DNA of 36,198 nucleotides from Perkinsus olseni (Eukaryota): NCBI GenBank assembly GCA_013115125.1, contig JABANN010000351.1, positions 1 to 36,198 of the forward strand, read 5' to 3'. Shown piece by piece: positions 23,401 to 33,382 of this stretch (position 1 is its first letter; each line of letters starts with the position of its first letter). The notes under the pieces were generated by a model. It saw only the letters and a program-made list of their open reading frames with translations, ran no database searches and was not told where the DNA came from. The position numbers and the translations under genes were made by a program.

Positions 23401-23606
23401 TGCTACCGCCGTCGGTTGGCAGCTCCTCCCGACAAGCAAATAGCAGCCATGCGCTACAGCTGGGAATTCTAATAAGATGACTCCGGGCCGGCTCGGCATG
23501 CACGACGATAACGCTACACCACCCGACCCCTCACGCTCCCATCATTGAAGACAACCCGATGCTGGCTCGGCTCAGGTGAAGATACGTTTAAATAAATCAA
23601 CCTCTT

Positions 23607-26600
23607 TTAATCGGTCGCCATCCCCGCCGGGGTCTCCAACCTCCTCATAGCCTCGCTGCGCACCTTACACGAGATCAACAATACGGGCCGATGCCTTCAT
23701 AATCGTTCGCAAAAGTGGGTGAAAAACTCCGCTTACCTTGAGCTGTGTTCGTATAGAGGACATCGTTGACTTTGCCATCCATCCACTGGTCGGGTCAAGA
23801 GCTTTGCCGAGCTTGTTCGTCTTCACCTGAGATGCAGAAGCCGCTTAATGCGGGCGAAAGCGGTCACAAACATAAAGACCCAGGTTCGATCCCGGCGGCC
23901 TGTATTTTTCCCACCTCGTGTTCTAGCACGCCTTGAATGGCGGAGTCTTCTACGTCGCAAAGCTGATAAATTTGAGATCGGTTAGCAGGTGGACGCTAAA
24001 AGACAACGGATGCATCTTGCAATCTTAAGCCATCTTAAGTTTCCTCAACGGACAGCACAACAATAATCTGTTACTCTGAAGTGAACGTCAGGCTTGGTCT
24101 CGGTCGCAGCTGCTACGCTAGGATGTTCGCGCGCGGCCGCTGGACTGCGGAAATGAGGATCTCGGAAATCGATCACCTGATCGATTACACGGGCTCGACT
24201 GATCACCACCACCGAACGAAATACTCACTTGGTACTTAACAGCCTCGAGGTTCAGTTTCGGGTCATACCCAAATCTCACATAACAGTTCCTCCATGGACC
24301 GTTCAAATAGAGATAAGATACCTGCCACATGAACACTACTACGAAACCGCCAGGGATTTCTACGGAATCAGACTAACAGTCGCTTGCCAGATGGAAGGAA
24401 GGATTCAGAGCGCAAGCCTCATAGGGCTGAATATCGACTCTAAGGAGGAGCATGCTTTCGGCCAAATCGGAAGGGGAAGGCGGATGGAGGAAGACAAAGG
24501 CGAGGCCCGGCGACACGACAGATAGGTTGAGTGTACATTCACCATAACGTTTATTATCGAGTTGCAGGTAGAAAAATCACACCGATACGTGTGCGATCAA
24601 ACCAACAGATTGTGTGAAAAAGTGGGCTGGAGCTGTATCTCGGTGGGGGAGTAGAGTGAGATCATACGCGTTGATGGAGAGGTGTATAGCATCTAGTGGG
24701 GTATTATAGTGAAATTTCAGCCGCCCTCATTCGACTCCATGAACGTATTGAGGGTCGCACACCACTTATGCTAAGAATTTGTGGAGGGGTGTATGCTTCG
24801 CCGCCGTCGATGGTGCAGCAACGAAGTGTTAATAAAGATCGTCCGGTAGACGAGGAAGAAGAGTATCTTACAGCGCGCAGCGCGAAGCTGAGTTTCCAGG
24901 GGTACCCTGATAACTTCTGTGTCGTCCATCCTAGGAGACCAAGCTGCTCGTCGAGGCTTGCACGGAGCCAGATAGGTCTGAAAGGATACCTTGCTACTAC
25001 CATTTGGCGTCAATGCTCACGCGAACTTAAATTTTGCGCGAATGATATTTTCCATTTGCGTAAAACCAAGCAGAACAAGCTTCATCACCCCCGCACGGCA
25101 AGGCGACAGCCGAAACGTACTCCGTCGAGGGCGAACTAATCTGCCGTCATCATAGAAACGACATCTCCCGTCACAAGCAAATTCAATGTGAGGCGAGCGA
25201 GGTAGCGTTTTCCCCCCCACAGCAAAAAACTGGTATAGTTGCACAGCAATCCTCTAAGCGAGCACATGAATCAGCGGCCGGAAAACAGCTAAGCCAGAGA
25301 TGGTCGCGGTCTCGGCCATCACAGACCAACCCACCTTTCTTCGAATTTTTTCTGAACGTCCTTGAGAAGCTCCAAAGGCACCGGGTCTTCTCCGCTGCCA
25401 GCGGCCCAGCTCGATTCAGTGGGCACCTGACGATATCAAAATCGATCGCTTGATCGATTTCCTATCAGTACAGGGTTAGTATCTCCAAATCTATGTACTG
25501 GCACTTTGGGGTTGGGATGGTGACCGCTGCCTGTCTCGTCTGAGAAGCAGGCAAAAATGGTGAACTACATCATACCAACAAAAACGTCACAAACTCTCAC
25601 GTGAATTCGAATACGCAGCGGCATTATACAGGGAATGCAGCAGTCCGCAACTTGCAGACAGTGCATACGAGTTTACTCGGAGGAGGGAAGAGAACTTATT
25701 TACTTCTCTCCTCCCGCCGAAAGAATAATTCAATCGACTTTCGTTGTGCGTGTGAGTTCAACGCCGAAAATCGGCTGCGTCAGACAGCCGATTTTCGAAG
25801 TCTGACTCAGACTAGTACCGATGTACAGTATCTTATTCCAAGACGGATGAGATAAGGCTAGTTTACTTTTGTTGTAGCGGCAAGAAGAACGTCCGGGTAG
25901 AGACACACGTACGCAACTGGTAGGCCCAATGACGAGCCCACCTTCAACATTCTCATCGGTCTCAGCCGCCGCCGCCGCAGCAGCAGCAGCCGAACTATCC
26001 TTCTTCTTCTTAACATATGCATTGCCTTCAAAATTGTACCTGCAATGCGACCACCCCAATCACCGCTACCCAAATCCCGCCGGTCCCGTAGCTCAGTGGT
26101 TAGAGCGACGGTCTTATGAGCCGTAGGTCGTGGGTTCGACCCCCGCCGGGACTATTTTCCCACTCACGGTTGAGGACGGCATATCTGAGATATCGCTGCT
26201 GTGTAAATAAACGTATCTCTCGTCTCCTTGGGCGGAGTAAACATGAAGTCACACATGTCAGCAAAGGCATGTGCCTCCGTTATCAACCCGATCAACTTGT
26301 ACCTGGGCCGAAAAGGGGTTAATTGCGGCACCCAACGCCATCGCCATTTCCCCGTTAAAAAGAACGCTCGAATAACTTAAAACCCCTGCTTGGCGCCACA
26401 TTCCGCAGCGGCTCGACATACAGTAAACTGAAAACCTAGCTTGGACCCACCGACTCCGCAAAAGAACAGATCTCGCGTATCATCCTGAATTCTTCGTTTC
26501 GCAGCCAACGACTGCTTGCTACTGTGGCAAGCAAAGCTGTTGCAAAGAGCGTCCGTTCAACAATCTATTGCATTCGATGCCAACCACAAAGCCATCTTTA

Positions 26601-27583
26601 TATATGCATTGCCTTCAGAAGCCCCACACCACTCGCATCGGTGTATTCTCAGAGTCTTCCCAAATTCTTTACTCAATTCTCAGTCTACTTTCTCCGCGGA
26701 AGTTTCATTGCAGCCGCTCACCAACGGGAGAGTGGCACTTTCACTGACGGTGAGGTAAAACAATCTCGTTGCGACCATATCATTCAGGAGTCTCCCATTA
26801 GTAAGGTGTCTTCCTACCACCCGAGGATGCCACATCCACGGGAAGCGGTTTGGCGCTTGACGTCACATGGAAGACCGAGGCCGTCACTTTAGCGGCTTCA
26901 GGAAGTACAATTCCGCAAATAAAACTCTCCCTTTCACAATCAAAAAAACAATTCTGCTGTCACTAAGGAGATGAACTCGATGATATCGAGCTCCCTAAAA
27001 TTAACCAGATGAACTTTAGAACTATTCTCGGACTCCGCGAAAACCCCTCGAATTTTCCTTGATTTTTCACCGGAGAATCCGAAGACTCCGGTCCGCAGTC
27101 TGCGAGTCAGCCGAGCTCTAAACGGAACTCTTCCACGGCCTTATTACGTCACTTTTCCACTTCTATGCTTCTGCGCCTTGAACAAAAAGTTACACGTCTC
27201 GTAAGCTGAAAATAGACCAGCTGGGATTCGAACCTGCGCCCTCTCGCAGCTCACCAGACGACTTTATCGTGCACGGCATTTTCGGATGCAACCGCAACTT
27301 CAACCGGCCATCCGCCGTTCTACGAAGTCCCTCCAGATTCTTATCAATCACCTAACCGAATTTTGAGGTCACACGCCCGTTTCATAAATACTGGGCGAGG
27401 GAGATTATCATCAATATTTTCCCATTTTACTACTTTTTCCGTGTCGGCGTTTTTCAGAGAACCCGGGTAAAGGATCGACATGAAATGTGGCAAATCTTCC
27501 GCGGTCCTCCCTCCACCGTTGGGCTCTGAGGAGATCTCCGAAGGGGCGATCGTCACCAGTTGCGACGGAGACGATTCAGCCAT
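23607..27583 (-). CDS. GTF3C5: RNA polymerase III transcription factor TFIIIC subunit tau95 (Tfc1/Sfc1/GTF3C5), 13 exons, about 408 aa
   Basis: Exons 27583-27434 (donor uncertain), 27351-27255, 27205-27148, 26302-26168, 26039-25942, 25539-25472, 25426-25335, 24977-24872, 24321-24229, 24176-24075, 23995-23915, 23826-23737, 23663-23607 (1227 nt, in frame). Tau95 motifs SILYPG..KN, LKLRLHP, GLI..H.F.DMCDF, FEERPIW, YLYLNGPWRNCYVRFGYDP...YQVIDFR, YQLCDV.D, GW. Confidence 0.9.
23834..23909 (+). pseudogene. Degenerate tRNA-like element (A-box-like hairpin, B-box, T5) antisense in GTF3C5 intron 11
   Basis: 71-nt span G23834-A23904. D-arm-like stem CCGCTT/AAGCGG with loop AATGCGGGCGA, relic CATAA, GGTTCGATCCC, then TTTTT. 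The anticodon stem is disrupted. Confidence 0.6.
26082..26154 (+). tRNA. trnI-UAU: tRNA-Ile (anticodon UAU), intronless, antisense inside GTF3C5 intron 4
   Basis: Acceptor GGTCCCG/CGGGACT, D-arm GCTC/GAGC, anticodon arm ACGGT-CTTATGA-GCCGT, T-arm GTGGG-TTCGACC-CCCGC, discriminator A, followed by TTTT. Confidence 0.96.
27209..27246 (-). promoter_or_regulatory. B-box/tRNA 3' fragment making up most of GTF3C5 intron 2 (sense)
   Basis: The 49-nt intron 27254-27206 reads GTGAGCTGCGAGAGGGCGCAGGTTCGAATCCCAGCTGGTCTATTTTCAG. Removing it restores the frame (IKSS-A-YETCNFLFK). Confidence 0.65.
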
Positions 27584-27917
27584 GATAGCAACACGCTGCG
27601 ACTCCCCATTAAAGTATCTTTACACCTCATAACACGCAAGCTCGACCTCAAGATACACAGCTAGCTTGATTCATGTGATGCATCATTATGAGTCAATTAT
27701 AAATTCCTCGGCCGTCCACGAGTGTAACAATCAAAGCCGCCGCGCCGCAGTAGGCCGGAAATAACCTGACACAACCACCTCAATCTTGAAATCGATCACG
27801 TGATCGATTAGGCCAAGAGCACATCAGATATCCACCACGTCCTTCTACACTCAACTAGGTTCCTCATAGCGATTCCAAAATCATAAGTTGCTCATAAATG
27901 ACCGCTGCGCCACGAAA

Positions 27918-30900
27918 TTACATCAGACGATTCCCGATACTGACCAATTTCCGGGCGCGCGAAAAAGTCACCGAAAGGCCTACCTCTCCCCATAGCCAAG
28001 AGTGGTGGTGATCAGACAGATCGTATACAGGATGGCTGCCACTCCCACCGCCACAATGCTCAGTATTACTGACGATCTGCGCTCTCGGTTGAGCGTCCAA
28101 CACCTTCATCAAACCAGCCCAGGTTCCATTCCCACCTCCTCCGTTTTTATTACTCTTGTGATTCAATCAGTCTCAAAATTGCACCCGTCAGGGCCAGCGG
28201 GCACAACAGCAGGCCGAATAAGGTACCAAAAAGCGTATCTAAACTCTTTCGAAATTTTATCAATTTTCTCAAACTTTCCGGAATTTTTAGCGGAAAAAAC
28301 GTAAATTCTACCTTTTTCCGGGCAATTGGAAATTTCGCAGGGCTCCTCGACCTCCATCTGCAGCCCGATGCGAACCAGACACACACCCGCATAGATGCTC
28401 TGAGAGAACGGATTTCGTCACTGCGCCACGAAATTATTCCGGGGAGAATCAGGAAAAAAGCGAGAGGACCAGGTTGTGGGAATTCTACCTTACCTGCGCG
28501 CAGAACAGGAGCCTGTTGATTGCAATAGCAACTAAAGTGGACTTCATTGACATCTAAAAATATCTTCAACTCGAGCATGCAAGATACAGAATAAGTCAAG
28601 CCGGAGACCTCCACCTCTATAACATCCCGATGCTTTTCCATCCTTTCCTGTAATTCGATGAGCTTCCTCAGACCCTCATCCGAGGCAGCCGCCAACTCAC
28701 TTCGAACCAAAAGCTCCTTTGCGTTCGTACCTCAATACCCCCCATCGAGTAAAAGATAGCGCAACTTTTATTTCTGCCTTGACCCATGATGGCCAGAGCG
28801 AACGACGAAACATCGGGAGAAAACTCACAGATAAAATTTCGATGTTTCAGTCGTAGCCAAACAGTAAAGAGGATTTCGCGAGTTGACAGGTTCGGAATTA
28901 TGAGATGCCAAAAAATAGGATGCCAATTCGATTACCTGATCGATTATTCGACCCACCAGACTGGTTCATATGAGAGATCTGGAAATGCTTCATGGGCACT
29001 GCCCTCAATGACGATGATGATGCTATACCTGATACCCAAATCGATCAACCGTTTCACACTCACTTATCAAATCGATCAACCGTTTCACATTCACTTATCA
29101 AATCGATCAACCGTTTCACATCCACTTATCAAATCGATCAACCGTTTCACATTCAAATACTCGGCACTAGCCACAGCTCATCACTCCATGCGAGCCAGCA
29201 AGACATTCCTCGCGCCTCATCAGTCCCACCACATGCGGTTCCAGTCGCCAAATTGATGAACAGCCCTATACCGCGATATAATAATTTCGTGGCGCAGCGG
29301 TCATTTCCCTCATTACCATCAGCTCTGGGCGCTTTCTGCTGCACGTAGATATTCTTTCCACTCATCCCTGCCACTGCCTTCTTCGACGGAGACGACGGTA
29401 GCACCTTCCACCCGAGTTCGATCCCCACGACAAGCATCATTCCTGTGCCTTGAATAGCATTCTATAAATACTCCCATGATTCTTGTCGCCGTCACACTCA
29501 TAATGAAGCGTCACCCATTGAATTTCGATACAAATCGATCACGATGGCGCGCGCTTTTCACATCCATCTCATCATTATCACCTCCACCGCCTCCACTTGG
29601 ATATCCTCCTTCACCACATCCAAGGGTTTGTATATCGCGGCAACGACCGATGGGTTGGCTTTCTCCGAGGGCGCCGGCGGCGGCGCTGAGCCGCGCTAAG
29701 GACCGACCGTAATGATTCATTAATAATGAATCATAACATTCTATCAACGGTAGCTGGCCACCACCGCACAGCAAAGAAAAAAAGATATCCTGGATACGTT
29801 GTACTGATGTCAAATTGAATGGTGTCGAATATTCGATAACTAATGCTGCTGACGGGCATGCCGTTTCATGGGAGTTTCATGAGAAATGCCGGTGATGAGC
29901 CCTGGGGGGAGCAATGCACCAAAGTTATAACCTTATGTAGAAGCAATACTAATGTTGATACTGACTAATACTGCTAGTGACCACCAGTTCGCTCGGGAAC
30001 AGCCTGTCTGGATGGAAACACGCAAACATCAGAATCCAGGAAAGGACATACTTCAAGTGCATCTGCTCCCCCAGTCTGCATTTTTCAAACAAGAAAGTCC
30101 CCACAGGAGTTCGCTGCTCAACCGCATACTCATCCGTTACGTTACTATTCTCGATCACCGGCCGCCTAGAACTGCCCCGTAAATACGCAAAAAAATTCCG
30201 AAATTTCCGTTATTTCCCCTCACTACAGAAGCTTCAACCGCACGTTCAGCTTCCTCCTTTCGGCTCTCCTCGGGTGGCTCCAAAACCTCCGGAAACTGAT
30301 GAGATTTCCCCTGAAAAAATGGGAGACAATTCCCAAAATTTGAGATTTAACCATCAGATCGGTGCGGCGAAAGAACTGTACACAAAGCGTTTCACCTGGT
30401 CTTGCGGCAGTGGGTCACTCTGACTCGAAGCTCGTCGACGACGGCTGGCCATTGGAGCAGATTTGGGGGAAAGTGGGTATGACGAGCATTCATACTCCTC
30501 CCCCCCCGGCCGGGCAACCAATGCGGTGAAAATCCAATCTTAGCTTCAAAACCAAGGAGGGCGTTCGATAGAATCCTTCCAGGTGCGTTCCGAGGATCAA
30601 GTTTAACGTGCCTGGGAGCGGTCTTAAACTGAGTAAAGACAGTCCTTTGGATGATTGATGACCGCTGCGCCTAAAAAATTACCCCAAAAAATTACTAAAA
30701 AATTGAAACTAAAACGCAATCATAAAGAGGGTGAAATTACCAAATGCAATCATGAATTACTGTATGGTGACAGTGATGAGAAGATACTACAGAATTTCGT
30801 GGCGCGCGACTTTTTCTCAGCTTTTCTTCTGAGGATGCATGGCCGCCTTAACATGCTCCTCGGCCAGAGTCGACACCACTGCGCTCAGCACGGTGAGCAT

Positions 30901-33382
30901 CTGCTGGCGCTTCTCTTCGGGTAAATCACGGAATTCGTTCATACCCGGGATTCGAACCTGTGCGGGCAGACCGATCACGAATCGTTTCCACCGCTTCGCC
31001 CCGTTAACTACATCCTGAGCTCCTACAATCTCCAAGTGCTTACGGACCTCTCTACTGACCGCCTTATTTCCGACACTTCCTGTCAGACACGCCGTCGTCT
31101 TGGGCAAGCTGCGCAGAAGGAGAGCAGTACAGCCGTAGTGGGAATAGTAGAAGCTCGTTTGAGCGAAAACGCAACTATTCACGCTCGAGATGATACATTA
31201 TCATCACGTTCACACGTGAAACGGTCATGAACCTCAACCAGCCAAACAGACGAAAAGCGGCCGCTAAGGCCGACCAGGCCCACCCCAGGCCAGTCACTTG
31301 CGGGTAGTAGAGACATGCTTGCCTAATACGCCGTCGTCTAGTTCTTCAAATACTGCCCTATCTGATAATGCTTTTCTTTGGTAAGAAACGGAATTAAGCA
31401 CCTCTGGCACGTTAGATTGCACGGATCATGAGTGGAACGCTAATCAACCACAACCGGCCGAAGAGACAAACTAACAGCGCCCGCGAACAGCACAGGTCAA
31501 GCAAATGCTAGTAAGGAAGGTAGTATTCAGGTGGAATAGCAGCGAGCAGACTTCAAAATTTGAGCAATACGTTTCCGCCAAGACCTTTATCAAACGGAGA
31601 TGACACCTCCAGCAGGTGACCTCCTCCCTTACCATCAACTATGCTACTAGAAATATCATACGAAGATAAACTCAATATCATCAGTAGATATACTGGTCTC
31701 TATAAGGACACAATTTTTCATCTATTTTCCGCCGCACGACGAGCCGAATTACCAAAAAAAACCGATGCATTCAAAATTTTACTGCTCCCTATTTCATCGG
31801 TCTGTGGAATATTTTACTGTGAGAGAATTTAGACCAATGAGTAGATAATAATATCGGACTTCCCGAGAATGACTGAACCACTGCAGCCCACTGGTGAATT
31901 ACGTGACCATGGTTCCCGCGTTCGCCCGAGTCGCGCTTCCCGGTGGCTTTGCTCTCGACAACGTCTGCTCAGTCTTAGCCCTCTTCACCATCACGTACCT
32001 AATCCCAAAAAATTCGAAAATTTTCCGGAAAATTACCGAAAAATCATCCAAGGGTCAAAAGCAGCCTTACTCCGCGGTTTGAGTAGTTGCACTCTGTCGT
32101 TTGCCAGCCAGCTTCCCTCCCTTATCGCCTTCTGCTTCACGCGCCTCGCCGACACACTACCACAGAGAACGAGAGATGACTGGCCTTTTTCCCAGTCCGT
32201 AATACGTGGCAATCGTCCTGCTGCTGCTGTTGTTTGTTTTTCCCCTGCAACACCACAGCAACCTTCGAGTCGAGCACATCCGAGGAGAGGTTCTTTAACA
32301 ACTCGTCAGCTACCCTCTCCACCTGCCCGAAGACGACGAGTGGTGATCCCCGTCCCTAGGAGGATGCTCCTGTTATAACCTTCTCGAGCTCAGCTTCCAG
32401 CTTCCTGGCCAATCGTGCCTTGATACCCTGCGTGGCGTCCAACTGAAACATGCCTTATTTGCCACATACCGCATCCCTTATTTATAGCTACTAAATGCTT
32501 TAATAGGATATAGTATGTCATTCTCTACCAATTTATACAGAGATCTGATAACGACATTTACTCCTTTTCTTCCATAACTTCTCCTTGCCAAAGTTTACCA
32601 TTTATTATCAGAGTAGATGACCAAGCCTCGCGGGCGTCGTGTCAACGTCGCTATTCTTCGCCTCCACGATACCCCAAATAAGACCGTATTAATCCCGAGT
32701 AGGAAGCATCTCTAGTCATAGAGCTCATCATCATCACTCTATTTATGTGACAAACGACAGCGGAATCAGGCACGGTTCTCTAAGACATGAGTAATGGTAA
32801 TTTATATACCGTTAAACCACTTTGGTCTACAGTACTGTCTCACGGCTCCTACCATAGCTAGCCAGACAGTGATTGAACTGAGCGACCGATCGCAGAAAAG
32901 CTGGGCAAAAAAGAAGTCGGATTTCCAGATAATTTGGTGAACCCGTCCGACATTTATTGCCATTTAACAAGGGACAGATACATCTCAGATGCGGTATGAA
33001 CCGGCATGGAATCCCTTACGGAAAAATCAGATTTTTTTGGAGAAAATACCAACAATTCTCGGGAAAAAACAACAGTTTTCGGAAAAAAAACAACGATTTT
33101 CGGATCATCACTTTTAACTAACGGTCAGAATTTACATAAAGTACTATAGATACGATATTACACATTCTTTTCTGTTGCCTTATGTCACACGTAGAATAGA
33201 TCAGTGCAGGGTGAAAATCCGGCGCCCTTGGAAAATATGGAAGAAGAACTTCGGCGAATGACGGACTCAGACGAGGACGACTCTCCGTCAACGGACGCTG
33301 TGGGCACTGTACTCGGCCATCCGTGAGGGAATGCCGTTCCCCCTGGTCCAGGGGTCCTCTTATGACTGTCTCTCTTGCTCAC
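27918..33382 (-). CDS. Multi-exon hypothetical protein gene (possibly more than one gene)
   Basis: Protein-like segments bounded by AG/GT, e.g. ARLARKLEAELEK|VERVADELLKNLSSDVLDSK, VRIPGMNEFRDLPEEKRQQMLTVLSAVV, RSELAAASDEGLRKLIELQERMEKHRD. No family recognised and the boundaries are approximate. Confidence 0.4.
29038..29153. repeat. 30-bp minisatellite, about 4 copies
   Basis: Unit AAATCGATCAACCGTTTCACA(CT/TT/TC)CACTTATC. Confidence 0.95.

Noticed and set aside
25289-25310. Relict spliced leader (minus strand ACCGCGACCATCTCTGGCTTAG versus Perkinsus SL ACCGTAGCCATCTTGGCTCAAG)
   Set aside because: Several mismatches and indels, no GT donor after it, and it lies mid-intron.
26111-26121. G37 in tRNA-Ile(UAU) as an anomaly
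   Set aside because: From recall, the CTTATGA loop also occurs in plant tRNA-Ile(UAU), so it is not unusual.
26645-26695. RNase P RNA CR-I/CR-V-like motifs in GTF3C5 intron 3
   Set aside because: The two motifs fall on opposite strands and no P4 partner lies at a suitable distance. A cmscan with RF00009 would settle it.
30946-30960. B-box AGGTTCGAATCCC on the minus strand as a tRNA relic
   Set aside because: It overlaps a probable acceptor and coding VRIP codons, with no T-stem pairing or T-run. It is counted only as a motif hit.
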